The position numbers and the translations under genes were made by a program. DNA of 64,000 nucleotides from Eledone cirrhosa. Lineage: Eukaryota. Shown piece by piece: positions 28,616 to 41,979 of the stretch. The first letter of the stretch is position 1, and each line of letters opens with the position of its first letter. The stretch spans positions 1 to 64,000 of the forward strand of contig CAXHJY010001304.1 in assembly GCA_964016885.1 (NCBI GenBank). Reading direction: 5' to 3'. The notes beneath the pieces were generated by a model that was given only the letters and a program-made list of their open reading frames with translations, was not told where the DNA came from and made no database searches.

Positions 28616-29995
28616 TTATCTCGAATAAGATACAGATTGCATTGGAAATCATAATCAGTAATGAAGAAGCAGGCTTCCCATGATTGCAAGGTTGTAGTGA
28701 TGATAGATTTTGCTTTTGTGCATAGGCATAATTTTTTAGACATCTGTGATGTCCATGTGTTGCGAGGAGTAGAGTGCTGGACAGACTATCAACTTGTTCA
28801 CACTAAGGTAAAATGTGTAGTAAATATGAGTAAATGCTGTTGTTGTTCCAGAGAAATTAAATATTACTCCAATTAAAAATGGTTCAAAAAAGGATGAGCT
28901 GCTGAGAAGGTTAGACAAGATTCAATTGCAATGACACATGGGAAGATTTCAAAACTTTGGTTTATGATACTTCAGCATCTGTTCTTGATTTTATTAATAG
29001 GAAACATCAAGATTGGTTTGATGAAATTGAGGAAGAGATTCAAATTCTATTTAATAATTTTTAAAAAAGACAGTGATGATGAGAGTGCTTACAGGTGGGC
29101 AAAAAGCTGGAAGCAGTGAAATGTTGTTGAAGGAAGTGAATGGTAACTTACAACACAAGCTCCATAGCATGCAAGAGGCATAGTGAAAGAGATTCAGATT
29201 GCAGCTGATGCAAATGATATAATGTTACTTTACAGCTTATTACATGAAGTGTATTATCCTTATTCTTCTCCAATTGCACCTCTGAAATCTCAAAATAACA
29301 ACAAATTGTTTAGAGAACCAAAGGACATTCTTATGAGATGGAGGGACACTTTAATGAACTTTTGAATAGGTCTGCTCAGGTCAATGGGGACTTTATTGAC
29401 TCAATTCTTAGTTAGCTTACAAATGTATTAACAGAAAGTCCTACCTTGGAGGAAGTGAAAGTAGCTGTATAACAACTCAATAATGGAAAATTGCCAAGGA
29501 GGGATGGTATTTGTGCTGAGATACTGAAATATGGAAGCCAAAACATACTTTGACTTCTTACAAACCTACTATGTAAGGTTTGGAAGGAAGGAAACATTCC
29601 CAAATAAGCACTGATGGTGGTGCTTTATTAAGGGAAAAGGTGAAAGGATGATTGTGGTAATTATCATAGGATAGCCCTCCTGTCAGTTGTGGGAAAAGTC
29701 TTGTGTAAGATCATGCTGGACAGATTGCTTGATAACATCACTTGTAATGTTCTTCCTAAGTCACAATATAGCTTTAGAATTGACAGAGGAACAACAGATG
29801 CAATCTTCTCTGTGAGGTAACTACAGGAGAAGTGCCTTGAACAGAGAATGGATTTATATGACATCTTTGTTGACTTGACATAGGTTTTTTTTATGATGAA
29901 TAGAACTGCCTTATGGAAGATTCTAACTAAGCTTAGTTGTGCTGAGAAGTTCAATAGAGATTGTGGTAATTCTTAAAATCAAGATGTAGTCATCA

Positions 29996-30073
29996 TGTAT
30001 GTATGTATGTATGTATGTATGTATGTATGTATGTATGTATGTATGTATGTATGTATGTATGTATGTATGTATG
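29996..30073. repeat. (ATGT)n microsatellite
   Basis: Read directly; abuts the 3' end of the minus-strand R4-like fragment. Confidence 0.95.
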
Positions 30074-30890
30074 TTCTTCTGGTTTTATAATTTCACAAAT
30101 TGTTGCCATTAGAGAGAGAGAGAGTCGGTTTCTAACATAGACACAAGACTCTCTCATTGGAATTTACACAACATCAACTAGGTAGATATGTATGCATGTC
30201 TGCATGCATGCATGTGTAGATATGGATGTTATTGTATGTGTGGATGTGTATGTTTTTAGTTGTATGTGTGCATGTGTATATGCTTAGTATCTGTACATGT
30301 GTATATGCAGTTATTAGATGCAAACATTTTTGAATGTTTTACATATTTTTACTGTTCCATTAATGGATTGTACTTGTATGTATGTATGTATGTATGTTTC
30401 TCTTTCTCTTAATTTCAAGTACATTTTTGACCAGCCACCTTCCTGGTGGTAAGGTTGTAAAAGAAAAGAAATTGTCATCCTTTGAATCGCAAGAATGTTT
30501 TGCAAATTTTGAAGGTGCCAGCTATCGCAGCCATTTGTAGTCTAGGAAGCTGTGCTCTTCGTCCACAAATCCAAGTTCAGTTATACTTTGGTCCAAGCGG
30601 GTTGGTATATAACCTGTAGCTCCAATAATGATGGGTATGAAGCTGAAGGTGTATCTTGGATACTGGATCTGCAAACTCCTCAACAGTACATATATATCCT
30701 CCTTCTCTTGTATTTTTCTTACATCGTTGACATCAAATGGGCAGCTGATCTCTACAACAGAGCACATTTTCAATGTATGGTCCCAAGCAACAATATCAGG
30801 CCGGTTGTGCTTTAATTTGGTGGCAGTTTTTATTTTCAGGTTCCAACAGTATTCTTTAGTGCCATCTATCTCAACATATTCCTCCTCATA
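30074..30890 (-). mobile_element. 3' end of an R4-like non-LTR element (RLE domain and 3' UTR)
   Basis: LKHNRPDIVAWD..VEISCPFD..KEDIY..IPIIIGATG; 3' UTR shared with 34488-34790. Confidence 0.8.
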
Positions 30891-32755
30891 TGTATGTATG
30901 TGTGTATGTATATATGTAGGTAGGTAGGTAGGTAGGTAGGTACGTACACACATGCATATCATCCTGAATGTCGAACTGCTCTTATCTTTAAAGAATGCTA
31001 TTTGTATCAACTGAATATGGTTGCTCTCCCTGAAATACAGCTACCCAAGGATGGCCAGCTGGAGGATACATCCTATTCTACAAAGGTTGGCCAGAAAATA
31101 CCCGTAATATCAGAGATGTAATTTCTCAATTTGGAGAAGCAGCAGCTCTGCCTGAAGCAACTCTTTGATCTCAGAGCTACGCACTGTAAGGATGTGAGAC
31201 ATGGATAATATAATGTGGGCATATCCAGCGCCTCGAACATTTCCGCCAACAATGTTTGTGCTCCATCCTCAAGATCTCATGAAGGTCTCATACGCCAGAT
31301 ACTGATATGCTGCAGCAGGCCTATCTGCCATGCATCAAGACTATAGTCATGTAACAGCATCACCAGTGGCCAGGTTACCTAGTACGTCTAGAGGACAGTA
31401 GACTCCCCAAATAAGTATTGTAAGGAGAACTGTTGTAAGGCAAATGCCTGGCAAGCCATACAAGTGCTTTAAAGACTGCCTGAAAGATTCCCCATCGAGT
31501 TGACTAAAGACTAAGAATATGTTGTACGAGATGACAATGTATAGGGATGTTACATCTGTGGTAAATATGTGCTGTATGTGTCCAGTTATGAACAAAACAA
31601 AGGGGAGATGGTTAAGGGTATGGTTATTATCATTGATATATGTGGGGAAGGGTAGCGACAAGTGGTAGCAGAATTTTATCAATTACCTGTTTACTTTCCA
31701 ATAATATTCATAAATCATAGAAACTGAATGTAAAACAATAACAGTATGTCCCCCCCCCTCCACCATCACCTCCAATCATTCATCTGCTGTGGACAAATAT
31801 AGGTGACCACTTTAAATATTAAGTATATTTAAACATTACTAATCACCCAATTCTGTTATCTTCAGGTAGTTCCCATAGCTCAACTATCATTCTATAATCT
31901 ACATAGTACACTAAGCCGCTAAGTCATCAAACAGAAAACATATATTTTTACATTGTACTTCTCTATTATTGTTTTTTTTTTAATAGAATTTTTTGGGGGC
32001 AGGGGTGACTATATGCCACCCATAGCCCCCACTACTCCCCAATCCCTGGTGACAGTGTATCCTGTTGTTTCTGTTTCCATATAAGAAGTGGTAAACGTTT
32101 GACCTGTTATTATAAACTACATAATGCTGAAAGGAAATTATTGCTACTGAACCATTTGTGTGAAAGAAAAATAAATTTATAATGTCAACTAATACTTGCA
32201 GTGGTATAGTATCTACTATAAATGATTTAGAATTTTTTTCTTTTTTTAATAGCCTGACTGTTGACCTCAGTTTAGTTGAAAAAGCAGAATATTGTTAAAA
32301 TGATTTCTTGTATTATATCTGTTTAGATCGCAAGTCATTCTGATGACATAACCACCCTATTGGAATTGGGGTTGCATGAAGAAAATCGCGATGCCTCCAG
32401 TTTTGTGGTTTGTGAAAAGATCAGCATTTGAGATCTTATCTTCAAGTGTACCACAAATTGTACAAAGGCAACCCTTGTGGAACACATCCTGCTGATTTAT
32501 GAGAATGCAATACAGAATCCGTGAAAAAGAATGGTAAGAACAAATGCATAATAGTCTGTAATTTTGGTTTCTGACTTTATATTCCTATAAAAGTGATGCC
32601 ATTTACTTTTATTTTTTATTTTGTTATTGGATGCTCTTTCTTCTGTTAACTACTCAATTGTGAAGCAGGAAAGGAAAGTATTGGGATCAAGAAGTAAATT
32701 AATGAGTTGAGGGTTGTGCTGTTGACACAACAAAAAGCATCCAGTTCACACTGTA

Positions 32756-34026
32756 CAAGGGGTGACCGAGAAGTTTTAGCCTCACACAGAAAACAAATAG
32801 ATATGCAAATGAAATTTTGTTTGTGAAATCTGTGACATGTTCTTACAGTGCTAGCCAGATTTCTTGGTTTAAACACTTTTTCATTTCTTTTTGTATATTC
32901 TTAAAGTTGATGTACTCAGGCATTGCATAAAAAATGAAAAAACTTCAGTATCGAGCAGTGATCAAGTATCTGCAGTTGAAAGTCTGAGATCCATAAGGAC
33001 ATGCAAGACGCATAAGGGGAAGATGTCCCATCATATTCCACAGTCAAATGCAGGGTCAATGAATTCAAGTGTAGCAAGGAAAGTATGGAAGATGACCCAA
33101 GGTCTGGGAGGTCATCAACAGTGACCTCACCAGAAAACATTGACCTTGTCTTTGGGATAGTGATGGAGGATCGACGACTATCATCTCATCAGATAGCAAA
33201 CAGGTTAGACATCTCTCAGAAGTGAACCAATAATATTCTGACAAATGAGCTTAGTTTGAGAAAAGTGTGGGCATGCTGGTTCCCACGTCTTTTGAGTGAG
33301 GAATAGAAGTGCACTCATCGCATCATGTCCTCCAACAATTTGAAACTTTTTGAAGCTGATCTGGAAGATATCCTGGTGTGATTTGAAACCATGGATGAGA
33401 TCTGGGTCCATCACTACCAACCTGAAACAAAAGATCAGCCTAAACAGCGGAAGTGGCATCCTCACCCACCTTGAAAAAGGCCAAGGTCACACCATCATCA
33501 GGGTTGGTTATAGTTACCATTTTCTGGGATGCACAAAGTGTGTTGTTGATGGATTATCTTTAAAAGAGCCACACCATCACTGGACAGTACTACGGCAACC
33601 TGCTTCAATGACTGCGCGAGAACACCAAGAAGAAGAGGCCAGGATTGCTGATGAAAGGGAATTTGTTCCATCATGAAAAAACTTCTACCTACAACTTGGT
33701 GGTGACAATGGCAATAATCCATTGCTGTAAGTTCCAGCTCATTCCTCAGTCACCATACTCACCAGACCTCACACCCTTCAACTTCCACTTGTTCCTAAGC
33801 ATGAAAAAGAAACAATACGACACCACAGATGATGACATCATAGAATCTGTGGACACCTACCTAGATGACCAAACTAAGGAGTTCTACTTCAACGGGATCC
33901 AGGCACTTCAGCACCAGTGGAAGATGTGCGTGGACTCCAAGGGAAACTATGTTGAAAAATAAAACAAGAAAATATTTGTATACGCTACTGTTTCTTGGAG
34001 GTTCAAAACTTTTCAGTCGCCCCTCA
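32756..34026 (+). mobile_element. Full-length decayed mariner (Tc1/mariner) DNA transposon
   Basis: TA-flanked imperfect TIRs CAAGGGGTGACCGAGAAGTTTTAGCCTC / GAGGTTCAAAACTTTTCAGTCGCCCCTCA; transposase traces YRAVIKYL, EDDPRSGR, WFPRLL, TMDEIWVHHY, YSPDLTP, GNYVEK*. Confidence 0.9.
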
Positions 34027-34487
34027 TAAGGTCAGCAAACTTGAGTTGTATTTTATTTTTATCAGCCCCAAGAAAGGCAAAGTTGACATCAGCAAGATTG
34101 GAACTCAGAATGTTAAGAAACAGAACAAAGATTATAATGGCATTTTATCCAATGTTTTATCAGTTCTGTCAATCTACAACCACAGCAAGAAATTATTATC
34201 CTCCTACAGCTTCTGAAACAGCATCTAATGTATTTGTAACCAAATAGAATTGTTGTTAACATCATGACATTGTTATACATAAACAGGATCACAGTTTGCA
34301 GTAATATCTTAACTTATAACTCACCCTGTTTCTCTCTACGCTCTCCCACTCTCTTTCTCTCACCTTCTCTTTCTCACCTGTCTTTCTCTATATATAGATC
34401 CCCTCTCTATACCCCTCACTCTCTATCTATCTATCTATATGTCCATCAATCCATGCATTTACATGCACACTGTATGTATATATGTAT

Positions 34488-35165
34488 GTTCTTCTGGTTT
34501 TATAATTTCACAAATTTTTGCCAATAGAGAGAGTCGTTTTCTAACATAGTTACAAGACTCTCTCATTGGAATTTACACAACATCAACTAGGTAGATATGT
34601 ATGCATGTTTGCATGCATGCATGTGCGTGCAGGTATGGATGTTATTGTATGTGTGGATGTGGATGTTTTGAGTTGTATGTGTGCATGTGATTATATTTTG
34701 TATCTGTACATGTGTATATGCAGTTATTAGATGCAACATTTTTGGAATATTTTACATATTTTTACTGTTCCATTAATGGATTGTACTTGTAATTTCCTAA
34801 CTAGTTGTGTTCTTTCTGTTCCTGTGAAGCCCAGCTTCTCAAGATTTGTATTGAGGCAGTTACTAACATATCCCAGTGCCCCAATAATCACAGGCATAAA
34901 TCTGAAGGTATAATCAGGGTGGAGTATCTGCAGATTTCATCTTTGGACAGCTGCTCATGACATGGGTGACATCTTCGATGTTAATTCTGCAGAGTTTGCA
35001 CTTGTTACCACATCTAGGTGTTTTGCCTGCATCCCTATCTCTTTTGTGAATCAGGTATTTTGTGTTGATTTCCTGTTGTTGGATTGCAAAAACATATCCT
35101 TCAAAGTGGGAGCCAATATAGTGGTTGTTGGTTCAAAATAGACTACTTTCTTTATCTATATTACT
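34488..35165 (-). mobile_element. Second, more decayed 3' end of the same R4-like family
   Basis: About 300 bp of 3' UTR nearly identical to 30074-30375; RLE traces (YTFRFMPVIIGALG); ATGT repeats on both sides. Confidence 0.75.
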
Positions 35166-35172
35166 CTCACTC

Positions 35173-35310
35173 TGTATGTATGTATGTATGTATGTATGTA
35201 TGTATGTATGTATGTATGTATGTATGTATGTATGTATGTATGCATGCATGTATGCATGTTTGTATGTATGTATCTATGTATGTATGCATGTATATATATG
35301 TATATATGTG
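35173..35310. repeat. (ATGT)n microsatellite
   Basis: Read directly from the sequence. Confidence 0.95.
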
Positions 35311-36074
35311 TCAGTATAGCTGTTAATTTGTTTCTATTCCAAGGTTATTTCTCAGTGAACATCTAATAAAGGTGTATTACATAGCTATGTTGGACATTAA
35401 TAAAACTAACATGCCCTGCTATTACCAAGTGGCTGACAAATTAACTTTGAAACAAGTGAGATGATTGTGGTGATTGCAAAACAGATAAAGATTTATACAT
35501 TTCTAATTTCAGACAGAAAAGGAAGCAATCTCAACGTTCTGTTATCAGTAACACAGTTGATCAGGTAGTGATAAATACATGATTTCAGTGAGCTTGTTGT
35601 TTTTCAATTTCAAATCAATGCTTAGATGAGTTAATACTATATATAAATGTGTGTGTGTTTAAGAAGTCCACGTCTGTGCGTGGAGAACTAGAGAGACACA
35701 CAACACTTAATTTACTGCATACAGTTCTCTGGATGTCATCAAAGGGACAGAATTAGAGTATACAAATGAGCTAAGGAAAAATTGAAAACTATAATGGAAA
35801 ACAATGCAAATGGAGTATGTCCCTTATATAGGAGGAGCAAATCATGGAATGGAATAAAGAGAATAAGGGAGAAGGTGGATAAAGTCAACTCATGGTATGA
35901 CAAAAAAAAACTACTGTGATGTTCATTGATGGTGCACCCTGAGGCAAACTAGAATATAGATTTTCTGAAAGATCAATAAAATTAAGTACCAGTAAAGTAC
36001 TAGGGTCAATATAATCGACTTTTATCTTTCCTCCAACATTATTGATCTTGTGCATAAATTAGAAATCATTAGTA

Positions 36075-36255
36075 AATTGGCAGTATCGGTAGAGGGTCAG
36101 ACATGCTTTCTAGCATAGTTACGTCCCTTTACGATCTGAGTTCAAATCCCGCCGAGGTTGACTTTGCCTTTCATCCTTACGAGGTCGATAAAATAAAGTA
36201 CCAGTAATATACTGGGTAATTGCTGGCCTTGTGCCAAAAAGTAGAAACAATTATA
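36075..36255 (+). mobile_element. Young SINE copy, preceded by an older SINE tail at about 35965-36070
   Basis: A-box, B-box and core as in the 13014 copy. Confidence 0.87.
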
Positions 36256-37767
36256 TTATGCCATCATCATCAGCATCATCATCATCATTGGTTTACATCC
36301 ATTTTCCCATGATTGCTTGGGTTATGTGTGTGTGTGTGTGTGTGTACTCATCTTGTTAATTGCTAAAAATAATATGTAGCTTTAATGTGGGAATCTTCCA
36401 AGTATTTAGGATTGATTGCTGAGAAATGTGGAATGTGTGCTTATTTTTAGGACTCTAGGATGTTTAGTTATAATATTTTCATAGTTTTGGAGGTACTTTT
36501 TATAGTTTAAGTTTATTGTTTGATACTGTTGTTCTGAACAGTTGAATATATTTGTTGGTGTTGTGTAAGAAATAAAACAAATTCAAGCACTGAAAAATTA
36601 GTAACATTTTCTCACATTACCTAACATGCTACACAAAGATCACTTGTGGATAAACTCATACAGATTAAACTCAGAAACATCTATTTTTTATATAACATAG
36701 TTAAGGAATTTGAATTTGTAATAACTGATAATGATTTTACTAACATACTTCTTATAGCATTTCAGTTTCTTGCATATGATAACACACAACATGATAACAC
36801 ACATGACATTCAACCTACATTTTATTCTATTTGGTACAAAGATTTTAAAATTAGAAAGATCCAATAATAAGGACAACACAAAGACTTTTTCTTTTTTGCA
36901 GCTACTCCTACAAATATTGGAATGGTTAGTAATTCTATACCAAAGTAGAATTCTTGGTATTTATTTTATCAATCTCTAACGAATGCAGAGCTAAGTTTAT
37001 CATCCAGTATTTGAACTCAGAACTATGATGCAGCAAACTAGAACAGCACAACTGCTCAGATTTGTGCTCTCACTTCTGCAAGATAAACTTCAGTCAAAAT
37101 ACATATACAATTGCCATTTCTGATTTTAGAAATTAAAACAATTTTAAACCAGACAACATTTGATTGGCTGATAAAATTTCATGTTGTTGGTGAAAGCAGG
37201 GATTCCTATTTTAGAGACCTCTAAAAAAACAGACTTCATACTCATCATGGGGTCTTTTATGAGGCAATGATTTACATCTAGATGCCCTTATTGGTGCCAA
37301 CTCTCTTAGCTGCCTTTTATGACACGCTAGAATACAGTGTACCTGTTCAAAATAAAATAAAAAGGAAATCATTTTTTAAAAGAATAAAAAAAAAATGTTG
37401 TAAGCTTGATCTCTGTAAAATAAATATTTCAGAGCAGATTTATATAACATGGAGAATTATTATCTTTTCCCACCAATTTATATTAACAAGCGTATATAGA
37501 TTTCAATTGAGTTAATTTACATATCCTTAAATATTACACTTACAAATATAATTTGCATAATATTACTCACACATTATCCTGACAAAAGGATAATTAATTA
37601 TTGATATGGCAGGTGCTGTTGAATAGAGGCAAACTCTTAAGTTAATGCTCTATTCCATCCATATCATTCTGAATACATTCTTGATATATAGATCATGCAG
37701 GCAATCAGAGAATTACAATCATTATTTTGTTGTACACTTATTGTCAAATTTATATTACTTCATAATT

Positions 37768-37955
37768 AATTTAGGCACAAGGCAAATTTGGGAGAAGAGT
37801 AAAGTTGATTAAATCAACTCTAGTAGTTTACTGCTACTTTACCAAACCTGGAATGATGAAAGGTGCTGGAATGGAACTCAGAGTATAAAGAGCCAGGACA
37901 AATACTACAATGGCATTTTATCTGATGCTCTACCAATTCTGCCAATCCACCACCA
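37768..37955 (-). mobile_element. Old SINE copy
   Basis: TTTAGGCACAAGGC ... GAACTCAGA ... CTACCAATTCTGCCAATCCACC. Confidence 0.7.
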
Positions 37956-39014
37956 CTTGATAATTACAAACATTTATATATAATAGCAAAATGAGTTGAT
38001 CTATGACAATCCATTCAACCTATGCCAACACAGAAAGTGCATGTAAAACGATGATGATGATTTGCTGGTGTGGTCTTGAATGAGACAGGTTAAACATGTG
38101 TTTCTTTGCCAGATCTGGATATTAACTCCAGAGATTTTAACATCTAAGAACATTTAAATCAAAATTAAATATTTATTTTTACACAAACTTATTTAAATTC
38201 ATTTTCTTTATGATATTATAGATAATCTTTTCTATCTGTCCATTTCTAGATACATTACACATTTTGCCAACAAAATCTCACTAAAGAAAGCCCATGGTTA
38301 TTTTATTAAATGTTTCTCAGATTTACTTCTTCCATTACCTTGCTAACAGATCTACCGTCATTTGTGCATTTTTATGCTACCCTGCTAACAAAGCATCTTT
38401 CTTTTATCTATGTCAATAGCAATATTTTGTTTGTATTAATAGCAGAGATTATATCTTAGTTCAATTGTAATGTTTTCAAAAGAACCATTGCACAGATATA
38501 AATGATTAGTTTATTTGTAAAGACAGTGTTTCTTGTCTAGAAACTTTAAATTTGAATCAGTTTTCCTATTTAGAAAGTGCATTGATGATATTTCATAAAC
38601 AAACATTTCTTTCTTTTGTTTATCATATGTTATATCAGCACAATAATGTATCTGGATGTATTATGTATAAATGATGACAAAATGAATTAAGTGACAATGG
38701 TATATTGCAAAACAGGTTGGGAATTCTATTGATTTAATGCTGAAAATAAATTAATAGAAGATAAGTTTTACAATCCAATACCATTATTAATTCTAGCCAG
38801 TCAAGCTTTTTTTGCTCAGGAAGTGTGCTTGTGGCTCTATGTATGTTTGGTTTTCCTCTTTACTTTAGTAAAGTAAATGGTTTATAAAAGATGTTACCCA
38901 TGTATATAAGTTGTCTCAAGTTCATTAAAAGAAAAATAGATGCCAAGGAATTTGAATTTAAGTCATATGTAGTTTGCTCATCAGTTTTTATTCTTTTTCA
39001 TATTTAGTTCAAAG

Positions 39015-39810
39015 AAGAATAAAGCCAAAAGGGGAATTAATAATTACTGAAAGGGTGAACATTTTTGGAGATTGAGCAAAAAAAAAAAAAAAAAGGCCAA
39101 TAACAAAAATTCCTCATGAGACATAATTCTTCATCTCTCAAGATTTTAAACAGTTGAAAGATGATCCTGTATCCTTTACAGATTTTCTTAGACTACTGAG
39201 GTTTATGTTCCGTTTGAACATAGAAGAGGAATTTCTGGAGAGTTACAACTTTAAGGAGGTTTTGAGTGAAGTATTTAGTACAGAGTCTGAAAAGTGAGTC
39301 ATAGTAAAGATAATGAAACAAAAATAAATAGATATATTGATTGATTCAGATGTCTGAAGATTTGAAATTACTTCTGTAGTTTCATATAATTATCAACAAA
39401 GATACTAAAAGAAGTTAAATATCTTTGTCTTGTTGACCCAAATGAAGCTGTTGTATGGCTTATTCAGTTTAAGGCAACAATTAATATATTAAAGACTTCT
39501 AAGGTTCCTCGGGTTTCTCAAAATATGTCTACTATAGAATTATTCCTCTCAAAATGTAGAATTGAAGCAGTCATAAAACATCTAGGTAAGCTGTTTCCTA
39601 AAACACTTAATGAAACTTCATGTGAGGAAATAATAGAAAACATCAACTCAAGAATAAAGCCAAAAGGGGAATTAATAATTACTGAAAGGGTGAACATTTT
39701 TGGAGATTGAGCAAAAAAAAAAAAAAAAAAAAAAAAAAGACCAATAACAAATTTCCTCATGAGATATAATTCTTCATCTCTCAAGATTTTAAACAGTTGA
39801 AAGATGATCC
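39015..39810 (+). repeat. About 155-bp direct repeat (39015-39167 and 39650-39810)
   Basis: AAGAATAAAGCCAAAAGGGG...GATGATCC occurs twice; the copies differ mainly in A-run length. Confidence 0.92.
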
Positions 39811-39960
39811 ACAGTAAGAGTTAATTAAGTTGGTATACTTAGCTGGCATGAACTCTATAGACAACTAACTCAAATTACTTGAGAATCTTAGAGTAAACCT
39901 AGATGCCACTGTCTTACTTAGTCTTTCTGAATTTATCCACATCCAACTACTCATTGCAAG
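39410..39960 (+). pseudogene. Gypsy (Mag-like) gag N-terminal remnant
   Basis: AVVWLIQFKA..ELFLSKCRIEAVIK..EEIIENINSRIKPKGELIITERVNF..DFKQLKDDP..LIKLVYLAGM..KLLENL, with frameshifts. Confidence 0.65.
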
Positions 39961-40054
39961 CAGTAAAAAGTGCAATTTATATTCCAATTTTCCAAGTTTC
40001 CAACAACAAAAATGACAAAAATAACAAAAAACTGTAATACTCTTGTGCTAGTAA

Positions 40055-40568
40055 AAATGATATCTAATTTAGGCATAAGACTAGGGAAAGTTGATTATAT
40101 CAAACCCAGTACTTTACTGGTATTTGATTTTATCGATTTCTAATAATGATAATAATAATAATTGTTTCTACTTTTGGCACAAGGCCAGAAATTACCCCAG
40201 TGCATTACTGGTGCTTTATTTTATCGACCCCGTAAGGATGAAAGACAAAGTTAACCTCGGCGGGATTTGAACTCAGAACGCAAAGGGCCATAACTCTATG
40301 CTGCAAAGCATGGTATCTGACGCTCTATCAATTCTGCCAAATAATAATAATGGTTTCTGATTTAGGCACAAGGCCAGCAATTATGGGGGAGGGGAAAGTC
40401 AATTAAAATGACCCCAGAAGGTGACTGGTACTTTTTTTTATTGACCCCCATAAGGATGAAAGGCAAAGCTAAGCTTGACAGGATTTGAACTAAAAACGTA
40501 AAGGGCCATAACTCTATGCTGCAAAACATGGCGTCCAAACGCTCTACCGATACTGCCAATCCATTGCC
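40055..40568 (-). mobile_element. Three head-to-tail SINE copies separated by (AAT)n
   Basis: Copies at about 40055-40140, 40158-40342 and 40350-40568, all reverse complements of the 13014 family. Confidence 0.85.
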
Positions 40569-40589
40569 TTATAATAATAATAATAATAA

Positions 40590-41630
40590 TGGAACTCCAT
40601 TCTCTGCCCCAAATGCAAACAATGGGTACACAAGAGATGTAGCGGGATCTCAGGAAGCTTAATTAAGAATGTAGGCTTCACATGCAGCAGCTGTGCTGGG
40701 ACAGCAAGCAGCAAACAGCCACAGGAAACAAGTACCACCAATATCTGGGAGGGCTCTGTAGAAACAGTAGACAGCTTCTGCTACCTAGGTGACCGAATTA
40801 GCAGCGGAGGTGGGTGTTCAGAAAGTACAATAACTAGGGTAAGAACGGGATGGAAGAAGTTTAGGGAACTACTACCACTGCTAGCTGCAAAAGGCTTCTC
40901 CCTCAAAATGAAAGGCAGACTGTATGATGCGTGCATACGAACAGCAATGTTGCATGGTAGTGAGACCTGGGCACTGAAGGTGGAAGACTTACATAGATTA
41001 GAGAGAAACGAAGCCTGCATGCTCTGATGGATGTGTAACAGTAACAACAAAGCATAAATGAATTGAGAGAGAGACTGAGCATAAGAGGAATCAAATGCTG
41101 TGTGCAGGAGAGGCGGTTGCACTGGTATGGACATGTGATGCGTATGAAGGATGACAGCTGCATAAAAAGGTGCAGAGCACTAGAAGTCGATGGAAACCGC
41201 GGAGTGGGGAGACCCAAGATGACCTGGGATGAGGTGATAAAAGCCGACCTTACCCAATTACACCTCTCAAAGGCGATGACACACGACCGTGACCTCTGGC
41301 GTCACGCAGTAATACAGAGTACCCGACCTCCCATGGGTACAAGCTGAAGCATATAGACAATATGCCCCCATGCCCCCCACTGCAAGGTGGTCATGGAGGT
41401 GCCACGGCAAAAAAGCACCCAGCCCACACTGTAAAGTGGACGTGTAGGCGCCACGAAAAAGCACCCAGCACTCACTGTAAATGAGGTTGGTGTTAGGAAG
41501 AGCATCCAGCTGTAGAAATCAAGCCAAATCAGTTCCTGTATTAGCAAGGCATGGTCAGCCGACCAGACACTGCCCACAACAGGACAACCCGTCTAACCTA
41601 TGCTAGCGTGGAAGAACGGACGTAAAACGG

Positions 41631-41632
<2 letters not shown>
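40590..41632 (+). mobile_element. 5'-truncated RTE LINE, same family as 1679-4372
   Basis: Starts inside the PHD finger (NSILCPKCKQWVHKRCSG); GSETW, RRLHWYGHVMRM, GRPKMTW; similar 3' UTR; (AAT)n tail. Confidence 0.9.

Positions 41633-41701
<69 letters not shown>
41633..41701. repeat. (AAT)n: RTE tail and left flank of the Tx1 element
   Basis: Read directly from the sequence. Confidence 0.95.
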
Positions 41702-41702
<1 letters not shown>

Positions 41703-41979
41703 CTTTCTTTATTAACCACAAGGGTTTACATAAAGTAGACATTAAGGACAGTACAGGACAATACAGGACGGAACAAATGGGCATTTCTGCGTGTAAAAAA
41801 AACAGAGGATGTAATAAAAATAACAATGAAAAATTCCCCAATAGGGGGGAGACTTCCGAAGGACATTTGTGGAGAAAGCCCATTAAAAGGCCACAGTGAC
41901 CCTGACCACCAGGGCAAGTGCCCTCTACCAGTTTTCCACCTTTAATTTAAAGACACATACTCAGAGTAGGCCCATTCAC

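Larger units (their letters stand above)
28630..31690 (+). pseudogene. Decayed RTE-BovB-like LINE, interrupted at about 29960-31010
   Basis: APE end (MIDFAFV..VLRGVECWTDYQLV); RT start (DDCGNYHRIALLSVVGK, RGTTDAIF, LQEKCLEQ, FVDL); after the interruption GCETW, LEHFRQQCLCSILKI, DSRLPK, KCFKDCLK. Confidence 0.75.

Noticed and set aside
28396-28743. Poly-S/R/P/G ORFs
   Set aside because: Products of the (GAA)n(GGA)n repeat.
39015-39810. Direct repeats as the LTRs of a TRIM
   Set aside because: No TG...CA ends, PBS, PPT or TSD, and the repeat is part of the gag reading frame.
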